From: Phoronis australis
Taxonomy: Eukaryota; Animalia; Phoronida
NCBI GenBank assembly: GCA_002633005.1
Contig: NMRA01000098.1
Span: 858,128-922,127 of the forward strand
Direction of reading: 5' to 3'
Length of the DNA stretch: 64,000 nucleotides
The notes under the pieces were generated by a model. That model had not been told where the DNA came from, ran no database searches, and saw only the letters and a program-made list of their open reading frames with translations. Of the stretch, positions 39,801 to 51,671 are shown piece by piece. Both the position numbers and the translations under genes were made by a program. Every line of letters starts with the position of its first letter. The stretch's first letter is position 1.

Positions 39801-42800
39801 GGTATTAACTAAAAGTCTGGGTATCCTTTTCGAATGGGAATAGGCACAGCTGGTGACATTCTCTATATACTACATTAATAATCATGTTATCACTTTTTCA
39901 CTAGCACGCATTTAAATAGTGATGAGAAACATTTTATATCTTACCCTCAATGATTTGAAAGAATTTCCAGTTTGTTATAAATGTTTCTGCCAATGTAATT
40001 TGTATTTATTTTCAGAACTTCCGTACAATGATTACTTTGAGTACTACGGGCCTGACTTCAAGTTGCACATTAGTCCATCTAACATGGCCAATCAGAACAC
40101 CACTGAATATCTTGACAAAATCAGGTAAATATTCCCTCTGAGTACTCAGTTATCGAAGGAACTGGTAGCTCATGTGGGTTTGGAAGAATGTAGTCTTCTT
40201 CTTGGCTTGACTTTGACTGTTTTTAGAAAGTTTGTAATAAAATCTATTGGTTTGAACGATGTGTCTACATACACAATGAGGCATAAATTTTTACACATTA
40301 TTAGGAAATATTCCTGAGAAGTTCATTATGTATTTCTGTACAAGCTATAATACAGGTCAGGTCACATGTGAGTGTAATTTAGTGATTGGTAAGCATGACA
40401 CATCGCACAGTCTGATTATTGTATTACTTTGGTTGACAGGACACGTCTGTTTGAGAATCTCCGCATGTTGCCTCACGCACCCGGAGTGCAGATGCAGGCT
40501 GTTCCCGAGGATGCATTAAATGACGATGTTGACCCAGACAAACAGAATCCTGATGAACGTGTTTCAAGTAAGTTCAGTACAGGACAATAGTAATCGGACA
40601 AAATATCATTTTCCCTCAATGATGACTGATTATGTTAACAGTAAAAATGACTGGTAATGACTGCCTTCACCAACTTAATAATTAACTTTCATGTTAATTC
40701 TTTGTGATTCGAAGTCGTGAGGAAAGGGTACTCTGACAATGATTTCGGCTTCCGCGCAATCGTCATGACGGAGAATTGCGGATCATTGTGTCCGAATACC
40801 ATTGGCTTGTACTGTGGTTAGCTGGGAAAGTGCTCAGAGTTTTTATTTCATAAATGATAATCATTACTCATTCAGTACAAGAGACAAAATCGATGCTGGC
40901 ATTAACATTCATGTAGTAAGTAACTATTCCTTTAATACAAATTATGCGGACTAAGCTGCAGTGAGAAAGATAAAATCCTCTCAACGGTAATATTCGGTCT
41001 AGATTGTGGCATGCGATGCTGATATGTGAGTGTATTAATCAACTACGTTTTGTTTTGATGTAGGTAACCTGCGGTGGTTATACCTATTAATGACTGTACA
41101 TTGTTTGTCTACAGTATGCTCTAGTGACAAGAGAATTGCTTGTGATGAAGACTTGGATGACAGCGATGAGGAGAAGTTAGATGGGGGACCAACGCCGAAG
41201 GTCAAAAGGTTGAAGACCGAGGACAACTATGGGGAGAAGAAGGAAGAGAGGAAAGGTGAGGGAGTGGGGTCGCGAAGAGGTCATTTGTGCTGAGCTTACA
41301 TCCAATGCTGTAAGTTTTACTGTGGTGGCAAAATGCTGTATTTGTGTTTGTTCGTTTGCCGTCCCTTGACGACACGAGGGTAATGGGAGGTTGACCAGTG
41401 GTGGATTGATTTAAGATGGAAATTCTTTGTTTTACTTGTTGAGCAAAAATGCAGCACTGCACCGTGTGCTGGTATTTCCAAATGATTTCCATTCAACTGG
41501 TGCAACATGCTGTGATGAGCCACGCATGCTAATACTTTTTTTGGTTATAAGAGTTGGACGTTCCAGTTATTGGATAGGCTTCGATTGGAATCATAACACT
41601 GAAAGTATCGTGATTTTCAGTTCCAGTTATGCTGATCGGGGTATACATCTTTGGTTTAAAATTAATCGTTCCAGTAGCTTGGAAAATTTTTGTCCGTGAT
41701 ACTTATATAATGGTTCTCAACAGCTCATATCCTAAGCAAATGGTACATTTCATCTGTAAAGTGACAACATAATTTATTGTGTATAATTTGTATAATTTGT
41801 AGACATCATCAAAGATGAAGTGAAACCTCCAAAGGAAGAAAGTAGTGCGACAAAAGCAGATGAGAAAGTCACAGAAAATCCTGCTAAAATTGATCCAGGT
41901 GGGTCTCACATAAACTGCAAAGGGCGTGGACTGTCTTCACTAAGTAGACTTAACTCAGGTCATTCATGATCTGTTTAGGGTACTCTAAGATTTAGGACAT
42001 GGTAAATCAAGAAGAAATTGAATTTTCTTGATTTTGAAGATTGGGACATGGTCAATTTAATCTTAATTCTCAAATTTTGGTCTTTGCATTTTTGTATCAA
42101 AAGAGTCTGAAACTATACTTGGCACTTAATACTTGCCAACGCAACCTTTTCACGTGTCCTCGTAGTGTGTAGCATCAAGAAGAATAATCGTTTGTCATTG
42201 CTCGTAATTCTTGAATTTGGAACCGGAAATAGTGTCTATTTCTAAAACTTGGTACAAGTTCTGACATTAAGCAAAATTCTGAATTTTTCAATATCCCACA
42301 CTGGAGAACTGTCACCGTAGCTGTGTTCACGAGTTTTCAATCCTCCACCCAGAACCAAAGGCTTGGTTGAGTAGATCTAAGACACTTGCGAGGAAGGCTA
42401 GTGTGATCTTGTGCTTTGGTTGTAATGCATGGCCACATAAGTCGTGATTTTGCTTTTTCAGTGGGTTAATGGGTCTGCAGAGTACAGGCCATGCCTGTGC
42501 TTGTGAGCATCAGTTTTCCTTATTTTGGCCACATTTTCCCCGTCCTTAAGTGTGTAAACATGAGGGCCCACCTTTTGCCATTTAGAAGCTCTGTGTAATT
42601 TCAGCTCTTCAACAACTGTTTGTCTTCAATGTTTGATGTCGTGTTGGTATTTTCTACATATTATTTGTGTGATGTGCATAACCATTTTTCAATATTTCAG
42701 TTATTCAGTGTTTCGTTTGGTAGTTTGTAATGTACATGCATTTGATATGGTGTCCCCGAGTGCGGGGAGTTCACATGAATTTTCCTAATTTACTCAAACA

Positions 42801-45243
42801 ACAAAATTTCATGTCTTGTCAGTTGTAGACACGGACTACGCGTGGCCCAAAGGATTAGCTTCCTTTATCCATTTTAAATACTTATTAAATTGACCAAATT
42901 TTCTTTTACATTCCTTATTATGGCTGATTCTCACTCTCTCTGTAGTATGCAATATGGACCTAATTGACTTGTGAGCAGCGTCCCGCCTCTAAATATGCAG
43001 TTTATTCAATACAATTTTGTCGAAGGTAGTCCTTTTCTTCCGGACTCGCTCACAGTGACGAAAAACTCAATGTTGTCAAGAACATAAATAAATCACTGTT
43101 TCAAATGGATGTAATCAAACCTAAAGGTAATATTGTGGTTTCATGCTGCATGTTTTTATTTAAAGAAATTACTTGAACTGATCATGGATTCAATTCTAAT
43201 TGGAAAATGTATTTTCAATGCATGATCGTTATCTCGTCAAAGGGGCCCAAGCAAATTTGACCCGTCAAGGCTCAGTTGTCTGATAACTGCGGCGTGATTG
43301 GCTGTCCTTCATTGTGCATCACGTAGTAACTGTGAATACTCATTTGTCTCTAGGGGGTATTTAACATTGTGTCAGACGGGTGTTATAAGTGTTATAGATA
43401 AACAGTAATTCATTTGCCTGGGTTATTATCTCACAAAAATGGTGTTCGGAAGCATTCTTAAGTGCAGCAACACCGCTTAAAATGTTTCCTGGTGCACTGA
43501 AATCAGCCTGTGGTTTGCTTCCGTTTTGTTTAGGCTCCATGGTGCCAGCAACTGGCAGCCCGTTTTTTGTGTTGACCCTTCCGCCTTCCAACATTTGCCA
43601 ACAGGGGGCAGGTGATTACAACTATCTCAATCGCACGCTACACCGAATGCTGTTGCCCGGTATTACAGTTAGCTTGCGTCAAGGCCAATGTGTTTATGAT
43701 ACCATGTGCACGTTTTGTTCTGCATTTTTTGTTGAGAAGTTGTTGTTGTTTTGTTGATTAAGACAAATGTATTCTATTCAGTTACCTGGGAATAGTGTAA
43801 TTTTTTGGAAAAATGACAAATCTGTTCAAATTCAGCAACTTCATCTATTGTGTTGAGGCAGTAAACAGAAAGGCAAATTATAACTTACACGAAATCACTG
43901 GAAAATGAGCTGAAAATTTTTCTCTTAGGTGTTGCGATTTTAGATGTGAAGAAATATTGGTAATATTTTAAAGCGACTATAAAACCTGCCTTCCGTCACA
44001 CGAAATAACTTTTCATTGAGACCACTCGCTGTTATGAAATCGGTCTCGAGTTGTTCCTTAGTCACACTAGATGTGATTACAAGGCCNTTTATGATACCAT
44101 GTGCACGTTTTGTTCTGCATTTTTTGTTGAGAAGTTGTTGTTGTTTTGTTGATTGAGACAAATGTATTCTATTCAGTTACCTGGGAATAGTGTAATTTTT
44201 TGGAAAAATGACAAATCTGTTCAAATTCAGCAACTTCATCTATTGTGTTGAGGCAGTAAACAGAAAGGCAAATTATAACTTACACGAAATCACTGGAAAA
44301 TGAGCTGAAAATTTTTCTCTTAGGTGTTGCGGATTTTAGATTTGAAGAAATACTGGTAATTTTTTAAAGCGACTATAAATCCTGCCTTCCGTCACACAAA
44401 ATAACTTTTCATTGAGACCACTTGCTGTTATGAAATCGGTCTCGAGTTGTTCCTTAGTCACACTAGATGTGATTACAAGGCTTCAAAGCAAGTGGTAGTA
44501 GGTTATAACTTGGGACTGTGCTCTACACATGGGCTGAACATAGTCTCAAAGCAAGTGGTAGTAGGTTATAACTTGGGACTGTGCTCTACACATGGGCTGA
44601 ACATAGTCTCAAAGCAAGTGGTAGTAGGTTATAACTTGGGACTGTGCTCTACACATGGGCTGAACATAGTCTCAAAGCAAGTGGTAGTAGGTTATAACTT
44701 GGGACTCTGCTGTACACATGGGCTGAACATAGTCTCAAAGAATAACAAATTGACGGATTTTTGCTAAACCCAGAGGACACTCCCTGTTTGCGTGAGAAAC
44801 AAACTGAGGCCAATTTTATAACGATAAGTGTGTAAATCAGAAGTACGCTTCGTGGACGGAACTCTTGTTTATGGTCGCTGTAAAACATCTCTGCAGTGTT
44901 TTTTGGTTTTAAAAACTCTTTGTCAATGTATTTTTTCTCTGTGAAGATGAATGTAATAAGAAAAAAAAGAATTGCCGAGCTCAAGAATCGTGTTATTCGG
45001 TGAGAGTTGTATCATTGCTTCCTAGGGATATTATGTCATATGATCGTTTCCCTTGATGAATTAATAGTAGATCATCAAGCGTTTTGTCCTTGACTTGAAC
45101 TACTTTTTGAAGGAATGCATTTTACTAATGACATTCTGTTCTTTCCAGATGACATACCATTAAAAACAGAAGCCAGCGATGGTGAAATAAAGGCACATTC
45201 AGTAGCAGCAGCAGCAGCGCCCCTTGAATCAATGGAACATTAA
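30754..45243 (+). CDS. HDAC1: Histone deacetylase 1/2 (Rpd3 class I), 14 coding exons, ~515 aa
   Basis: Exons splice in frame with GT-AG boundaries; motifs [48 protein letters not shown]. Confidence 0.97.
32378..32669. mobile_element. MITE in HDAC1 intron
   Basis: Imperfect TIR atttgttgacctgggaaa / tttgcctggtcgacaaat; related copy near 5680. Confidence 0.5.
32859..32971 (+). CDS. HDAC1: HDAC1 coding exon 2
   Basis: [38 protein letters not shown]. Confidence 0.95.
33235..33352 (+). CDS. HDAC1: HDAC1 coding exon 3
   Basis: [39 protein letters not shown]. Confidence 0.95.
34781..34855 (+). CDS. HDAC1: HDAC1 coding exon 4
   Basis: [24 protein letters not shown]. Confidence 0.95.
35054..35192 (+). 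CDS. HDAC1: HDAC1 coding exon 5
   Basis: [45 protein letters not shown]. Confidence 0.95.
35501..35642 (+). CDS. HDAC1: HDAC1 coding exon 6
   Basis: [47 protein letters not shown]. Confidence 0.95.
36661..36753 (+). CDS. HDAC1: HDAC1 coding exon 7
   Basis: [31 protein letters not shown]. Confidence 0.95.
37202..37288. repeat. Two-copy ~45-bp tandem duplication
   Basis: agtgcagat.tatagctgct.taaacttaat.tataagttat twice. Confidence 0.7.
38063..38171 (+). CDS. HDAC1: HDAC1 coding exon 8
   Basis: [36 protein letters not shown]. Confidence 0.95.
38329..39195. repeat. 433-bp tandem duplication joined by a single N, including a second copy of HDAC1 exon 9 (38783-38923); probable haplotype artefact
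   Basis: 38329-38761 ~ 38763-39195; N at 38762. Confidence 0.85.
38349..38489 (+). CDS. HDAC1: HDAC1 coding exon 9
   Basis: [46 protein letters not shown]. Confidence 0.9.
39007..39511. mobile_element. MITE with 6-bp TSD in HDAC1 intron 9
   Basis: TIR cagggcttggaat / attccaagctctg; GTGAAT on both flanks; ttccgc/gcggaa subterminal repeats. Confidence 0.75.
40016..40124 (+). CDS. HDAC1: HDAC1 coding exon 10
   Basis: [35 protein letters not shown]. Confidence 0.95.
40440..40567 (+). CDS. HDAC1: HDAC1 coding exon 11
   Basis: [42 protein letters not shown]. Confidence 0.93.
41115..41255 (+). CDS. HDAC1: HDAC1 coding exon 12
   Basis: [36 protein letters not shown]... Confidence 0.9.
41803..41898 (+). 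CDS. HDAC1: HDAC1 coding exon 13 (or last exon if read through to TGA at 41969)
   Basis: In-phase K/E-rich [31 protein letters not shown]; ttgtag acceptor; CAG|GTGGGT donor. Confidence 0.75.
43693..44481. repeat. ~394-bp tandem duplication joined by a single N; probable haplotype artefact
   Basis: 43693-44086 ~ 44088-44481; N at 44087. Confidence 0.85.
44483..44740. repeat. 63-bp minisatellite, 4 copies
   Basis: tcaaagcaagtggtagtaggttataacttgggactgtgctctacacatgggctgaacatagtc x4, near-identical. Confidence 0.95.
45149..45243 (+). CDS. HDAC1: HDAC1 putative distal terminal exon 14
   Basis: ctaat branch-like motif and ttctttccag acceptor; phase matches exon 13; [31 protein letters not shown]. 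Confidence 0.6.
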
Positions 45244-46550
45244 CACTAGGAGGCACCGTCTCACTCTACTGATCTCATCAAGTGTGACCAAGCTTCATTT
45301 GAACTCTTCATTTCTCAATAGTTAATGGTGCAGGATGCTGCATTTTTGTGTTGGTCACGTGGCCTTATTTAGTGTCTACTTTCATAATACAGTTCATATT
45401 TTTGTCTTTGTATACACTGAACCTATTTTATCAGAAATTATTTCGTTGGAAATTATTTTACCGTCTCGGCTGGGTATTCACTGCATAGACAACTGTAGTG
45501 ACAGTTTTCAGCTAGCTGGAATTGAGAACCAGTTGATAAATGTATTTAGTTTCCCTGGTGTTTATCAAAGGTTGCAATATCAGGAGTAGGCTTTGGTTTA
45601 AGTGTTGAAATTTGTGAACGCGTCTGAAACCATTGTTCAGATTGAGACTTCGTCATATCTTCAGTTTAATGTTCACCAAATGAAGAGTAGTAGGTTTATA
45701 TAACTTTAGCTTTAACTATTTGCAACCTCCTGGGAACAGTTGAGTTTTTTTCTTAATTCAAGTAAAGTAGGTGTTTATACACCCATCCCTGACAATGCAA
45801 TGCAGAAGAGCATTATTTTGAATTACTCTATGTACTGTCAGTCAATACATGTTTTTTTCTACATTGATTTTGTAATGTTTCTTTGATAAACTCTCGTGAG
45901 CTTGAATGCTACATCCACAGTGATAGCACGTGCAACCTTTTCTACTTTTATTCTTTCAAAAAATTTTTGAAAAGCTAATACTTCCTGCACAGATTTGTAA
46001 CACTTAAGGAAGTGTAAAAACTATAACCTTCATTACATTAGGAGACATCTCTTAAGAAGAGCGATAGAAAGAGTTGGAATGCACCCATGACCGCACTGTG
46101 TTTTATTAGTATAAAAAAGCCTCAAAGGGGCGCAGCATAAGTCTGAAACAAGGCAAGTGCCGTGTTGTCTCCTCAATAGAAACTTGCCAAAATTCGTGAA
46201 CATTCATCAATGGACTTAGTAGATACACAGCCATATGCCTAAGTTGCCTGTAAGGTACGGCACAGTTGTCCGACTCGTCTGAAAATCAAAGTCTAGCATA
46301 CTCTCCTCAACTGTAACACAAACCAAATTTCATGAAGATTCAAGGAACTTGGGTATGAGGCATAGCAAAAAAGTAATCTGTCACTGGGGTGGGGGGCAAC
46401 CCCAGTAGCACTAGTTGGGGGGNGATCCCTCCAAAAAGCAATGTCAGCCATGCTCACATGTGGTCAGAATCTCGTAATGATCCTTCAAGCAGTTAGGCAG
46501 ATAGGGAGGTGGAAACCAAAATGATAAAAACGGCAATTGGAGCATACAGA

Positions 46551-49209
46551 ATGAGATTACGTAGAATCTGTCTGAAAAAGGGATGATGATGTTATTTCCA
46601 TGATAAAAACCCATCTGCCAAACTTCATGCAAATCCTTCGAGACACTATGAATTCATAAGCTAACAGAAAGCAAAAATTGACATGAATCCATCTCATCCA
46701 TGCTAGGAAAACGTGTGCAAAGTTTCCTGGTGTGTGCATAACAATCTAATAAAAAACGTGATGTGCAGTTTCAATGTATTGTGAGAAAAGGGGAAGGAAA
46801 TGTCTGGCAACTAGGGTTGCATTCCATCGACAAAAGAATTTTGCGAGAGTAGCTAGTGTGATCATGTGCTTTGCTTGTAATGCATGGTGATGTCACAGAC
46901 TTGAGGGATGTCAGTGGGGCCCAGCACCAATCTGTACACAGAAGCCATTTTGAAGAAACAACCTTGGAAATAAAGAGAATTGACCAGTATGTGCTGCTCA
47001 TAAGATGAGCAGAGTATAGTGCGAAATTGTCTTGAACAAAAAGTATATATTCACATGGAAACCTTTAAAACTAACAAAGAAGAATGCCAACAGATAGAAA
47101 GCATTAGATTTGAAAAACGATTGAATATTATTGCAGTGAATTCTTCTACATCTATCCAGTCGCAAACAAAATATCTGCTTCCGTTTATGAGAAGTCTTTA
47201 CACAGTGGAAATGTCAGAGAAGTTACGGTTGCAACACGCACACATTACTTTTGACTAGATTGTGGTAATGTCATTTCCAACAGCTCACTTTATTGCCAAA
47301 AATGTCATTGTGTTCGTTGATGACAGCAGTACTATACAAAAGCTTCAAAAGATAAATTGTCTTCTTGTTTGCTCTAAATTTGTTAAAATTTTTGATCAAA
47401 TAAAATTTTACTGTTCTGACACATTCTGTTCTGATTTGAAGAAACTTTACTGTAGTTCGTGGATGAACAACAAAATGTCCGAGTAGACACAATGCATTCA
47501 ACACCTTGCTTTCAATCAGATCAGTCCAAGAGAGAACAGCAAAATGCTCAAGTAAATGTGAATGTAAATTAGTAACTTACATGATAAGTTCACTGACCAA
47601 TAATACTGACTAGCATGCTAAACTTTAGTAATACACGATAGATTTTTCTACTGTTAACACCACTAGCTGACAAAAGGTTTAACGCAGCATTGATTTAATG
47701 GATGTTGCAAAAAAGATGGTTGTTGCAAATAAACAGGAAACAAACATTGAAAACCACCTGGAAATCTGCTTCGTGATTACTGCTCGAATCGGTTAGAATC
47801 AACAACGCTCAAAAACTTTATACAAATCTGGCAAGTTGGCCACCTGTAATATGCTGGTGTCCTGCGCAAGATGTCGAGGGGGNATGAGATACGTAGAATC
47901 CATCTGAAAAAGGGATGATGATGTTATCTCCATGATAAAAACCCACCTGCCAAACTTCATGCAAATCCTTCGAGATACTCTGAAGACATAAGCTAACAGA
48001 AAACAAAAATTGACATGAATCCATCTCGTCCATGCTAGGAAAACGTGTGCAAAGTTTCCTGGTGTGTGCATAACAACCTAATAAAAAACGTGATGTGCAG
48101 TTTCAATGTATTGTGAGAAAATGGCAAGGAAACGTCTGGCAACTAGGGTTGCATTCCATCGACGAAAGAATTTTGCGAGAGTAGCTAGTGTGATCATGTG
48201 CTTTGCTTGTAATGCATGATGTCACAGACTTGTGGGATGTCAGTGGGGCCCAGCACCACTCTGTACACAGAAGCCACTTTGATGAAATAACCTCTGAAAT
48301 AAAGGGAATTGACCAGTATGTGCTGGTCATAAGATGAGCAGAGTTTTGTGCAAAATTTGTCTTGAACAAAAAGTACATATTCCCATGGAAACCTTTAAAA
48401 CTAATAAAAAAAGAAGAATACCAACAGATAGATTAGATGAGAAAAACGATTGAATATTATTGCGGTGAATTCTACTTCTATCCAGTCGCAAACAAAAATA
48501 TCTGCTTCCGTTTATGAGAAGTCTTTACACAGTGGAAATGTCAGAGAAGTTAAGGTTGCAACACGCACACATTACTTTCGACTAGATTGTGGTAATGTCA
48601 TTTCCAACTGCTCACTTTATTGCCAAAAATGTCATTGTGTTCGTTGATGACAGCAGTACTCTACAAAAGCTTCAAAAGATAAATTGTCTTCTTGTTTGCT
48701 CTAAATTTGTTAAAATTTTTGATCAAATAAAATTTTACTGTTCTGACACATTCTGTTCTGATTTGAAGTAACTTTACTGTAGTTCGTGGATGAACAACAA
48801 AATGTACAAGTAGACACAATGCATTCAACACCTTGCTTTCAATCAGATCAGTCCAAGAGAGAACAGCAAAATGCTCAAGTAAATGTGAATGTAAATTAGT
48901 AACTTACATGATAAGTTCACTGACCAATAATACTGACTAGTATGCTTAACTTTAGTAATACACGATAGATTTTTCTACTGTTAACACCACTAGCTGACAA
49001 GAGGTTTAACGCAGCACTGATTTAATGGATGTTGCAAAAAAGATGGTTGTTGCAAATAAACAGGAAACAAACATGAAAAACCACCTGGAAATCTGCTTCG
49101 TGATTACTGCTCGAATCGGTTAGAATCAACAACGCTCAAAAACTTTATACAAATCTGGCAAGTTGGCCACCTGTAATATGCTGGTGTCCTGCGCAAGATG
49201 TCGAGGGGG
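46551..49209. repeat. ~1.33-kb tandem duplication of the MLH1 3' end and downstream flank, joined by a single N; probable haplotype artefact
   Basis: 46551-47882 ~ 47884-49209; N at 47883; the last MLH1 codons (PPRHLAQ...FERC*) are repeated at 47799-47882. Confidence 0.85.
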
Positions 49210-50991
49210 GAGAAGTGATGCACGCATTGCAGGCAGAACTACGTGTTCAACTGTCCACTTCCAACTTCCAACAATCTTTTCATCTCCACTTTGAGAGTCT
49301 GAACAAAACATGTCCTTTTTCATAGCATAAAAATCACTTGTTTCACGGCAAAATGTATCAAAACATTCCTTTTCACTATCCCAGTTCACTTCCGTGGCCA
49401 GACGTAATAGATACATAGGCAATCCATCCATGTTTGGCACATAGTTCTCCAACAACAAGGGCAGTGTGCATAGATTCCCATCTGAATCAATCTGCATTGA
49501 AAAATAATCTTCCAGCATGTCAGACTTGGTTTTCAAAAACTCAGAAATGTAATTGGCTAGATCGTTCTTTGAGCCGTCCTCTTCTGTCCATCCACTATCA
49601 TCACTGTTCAAGGCCAACATAGCCAATTCTGATATCGGAGCTTTCTCCGAAAGACGCAGTACACCGTAATTACCAAAGTCCTTAATCATGACCTGATAGA
49701 ACAGTTCGGCACTCAGCTTTTTTGTGTTGATCAGGTACAACTTAGTCTGGTGTTGCACAAGGGACAACTCCTTATTCACACACCCCACAAACGTGTATGA
49801 GGTTAAAATCTCTCGCAGGTCTTTGTGGTAGTTCTCTTCTACGCTTCTTTGTAAGGATTTCACGCTTGTGAGATTAACCTGTCGTCGCCTCGGTAATCCC
49901 TGGGATGTCTTGCTGTTTTCAGTAACATCATCTGCATCGTCATGGGGCCTTTTTCTAGATTGAGATCCTTCACCGTCACCATCAAAAGAATCGTCCGTTT
50001 TGCCACTACCTATTGTGTCTTTTCCAGATTTCATGAACTTATCAAGTGTCTGCATCTTGCTGTCAGTGCGAACCATTTGATGTGCGTAAACCACGTCAGA
50101 TTTGTTTTTATCTGAACTAGACGTCGATGGCCCACCAATGGAGCCACTAGGTAACAGAGACTGGGTGAAGAAGGTGCGAGAGGTATTCGATGATAGGAGT
50201 TTATTGTCAATGGTCTTCTGGATGCTTTCAATGATTGCTTCTTCGTGTAAGAAGTGCACCTCATGTTTTGTTGGATGTACATTAACATCAATGTTCTGCG
50301 GAGCAATTTCAAGACTGAGGTACAGAAAGGGGTGCGTTCCTTTGGGTAGATATGTTGAGTAGACGGCTTCAATTGCCTTCCGTAGAGCTGTGGAATCAAC
50401 AAGTCGATGGTTAATGAAAAGAAGCAGAATGCATTTCTTAGCATTGTAATTGGCATTGGAAACAAAACCGTGCAGTTTGAACGCAAGTTTGCTATCTTCT
50501 GAGCTCACTTCGATTAGCTCTTTGGCAATGGTGGGTCCATACAAGGTCCAAATGTTGTCAACAATTGTGGAGTTTTGAGGCGTACGAACGTCAGCCATGT
50601 TTTCACCATGCTTCTTTAGAGTAAAACCAATTTTGGCATTGTGTATCGCATACTTGCTCACAACATCTGCAATTTTCTGAAGTTCTTCTGTTGGACTTTT
50701 CAATGCCTTACGTCTGGTCGAGATGTTGTAAAACAAATCTTCAACAGTGATTTGCGTTCCGATGTTTCCAGCATATGGTTTGACTGGATCTTTCAAAACA
50801 CCATCACAGTACTGCCCTCTATAGGAGCACTTGGATTCTGCAGTTCTTGTTGTTATGGTAACATGAGCCACATGGCTAATGCTGGCCAATGCTTCGCCAC
50901 GAAATCCATATGTTGATATGGAGCTGAGGTCTTCAAACGTAGATAGCTTGCTGGTTGTAAATCTTTCACATACAATAGGCATGTCTTCTTT
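49126..50991 (-). CDS. MLH1: MLH1 exon 2 (1866 nt)
   Basis: ctttttcag acceptor then [16 protein letters not shown]; open to ...KVFERC*. Confidence 0.96.
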   Translation of the reverse strand, partial: KEDMPIVCERFTTSKLSTFEDLSSISTYGFRGEALASISHVAHVTITTRTAESKCSYRGQYCDGVLKDPVKPYAGNIGTQITVEDLFYNISTRRKALKSPTEELQKIADVVSKYAIHNAKIGFTLKKHGENMADVRTPQNSTIVDNIWTLYGPTIAKELIEVSSEDSKLAFKLHGFVSNANYNAKKCILLLFINHRLVDSTALRKAIEAVYSTYLPKGTHPFLYLSLEIAPQNIDVNVHPTKHEVHFLHEEAIIESIQKTIDNKLLSSNTSRTFFTQSLLPSGSIGGPSTSSSDKNKSDVVYAHQMVRTDSKMQTLDKFMKSGKDTIGSGKTDDSFDGDGEGSQSRKRPHDDADDVTENSKTSQGLPRRRQVNLTSVKSLQRSVEENYHKDLREILTSYTFVGCVNKELSLVQHQTKLYLINTKKLSAELFYQVMIKDFGNYGVLRLSEKAPISELAMLALNSDDSGWTEEDGSKNDLANYISEFLKTKSDMLEDYFSMQIDSDGNLCTLPLLLENYVPNMDGLPMYLLRLATEVNWDSEKECFDTFCRETSDFYAMKKDMFCSDSQSGDEKIVGSWKWTVEHVVLPAMRASLLPPRHLAQDTSILQVANLPDLYKVFERC

Positions 50992-51548
50992 CTGAAAAAG
51001 CAAGTAAAGGTAATTATGAATGAAAACATACCTACCAGCGTAAAGTAAAATACAGCACAGAATATCACCAAGAAACGAGGAATAGAATTTAACTATTTCA
51101 ACACAAAAAAGAAAATCATTGGAATAATATTTTCGCATCACTTTCGCTTCGGAACACTTTAAAGTAAAGAACCTAGATAGGAGCCGAAAATAACAAAAAT
51201 CAGATGGATTGCGATAAAACGAACATATCTCCCAATAGAGGGCGCAACGCTCATTCCCATGTTTGTCGAAATCGCAAGTCTCATGTTCCAAAAATTTGTG
51301 GTGGTCACTTGCTCTGAGGCATGTTAAACATGATATTACCCTACCCTTATTCCACAGCCATTATCCTGTATCTGAAGTAGCTTTAAGCCCCCTTGCTTCA
51401 CGATGATTTGGATGTTGGTCGACTTCGCGTCCAAACAGTTTTCAATCAACTCTTTTAAAGCATTGGCCGGCCTTTGAATGACTTCCCCCGCAGCGATGCG
51501 ATTCACAACCGTCTCATCGAGTTTTCGGATAACGCGAACTTCAGCCAT
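49126..51548 (-). CDS. MLH1: DNA mismatch repair protein MLH1 (MutL homolog), 2 exons, ~689 aa
   Basis: Exon 1 51548-51345 ([17 protein letters not shown]); exon 2 50991-49126 ([29 protein letters not shown]-terminal FERC). Confidence 0.97.
51345..51548 (-). CDS. MLH1: MLH1 exon 1
   Basis: [41 protein letters not shown]...GIR, then GT donor. Confidence 0.95.
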
Positions 51549-51671
51549 CAAGATAATGCGCTGAAATATTCAGTTTGAAACAAAAACACAACCTGAACTT
51601 GAACAGGTGAAAGGCGCGAACATTTGATCACCAGGTGGCGTGTCTAGCGAAGTAGGTCAGAGGTCACAGAA
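51549..51671. promoter_or_regulatory. Compact bidirectional promoter region between MLH1 and LHPP
   Basis: Only 123 bp separate the two divergent start codons. Confidence 0.6.

Noticed and set aside
44447-44767. Repeat protein ORF or CRISPR-like array
   Set aside because: Head-to-tail 63-bp units with no unique spacers, in a eukaryotic intron or UTR.
47799-47882. Second MLH1 gene or pseudogene fragment
   Set aside because: Ends exactly at a single-N contig join within a 1.33-kb duplicate; best explained as an alternate haplotype.
49434-50916. Antisense and alternate-frame ORFs over MLH1
   Set aside because: Shadows of the long MLH1 exon with no independent evidence.
50992-51291. N-terminal ~100 aa of the 721-aa ORF
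   Set aside because: Intron read-through; MLH1 homology starts after the acceptor at 50991 and the true N-terminus is at 51548-51345.
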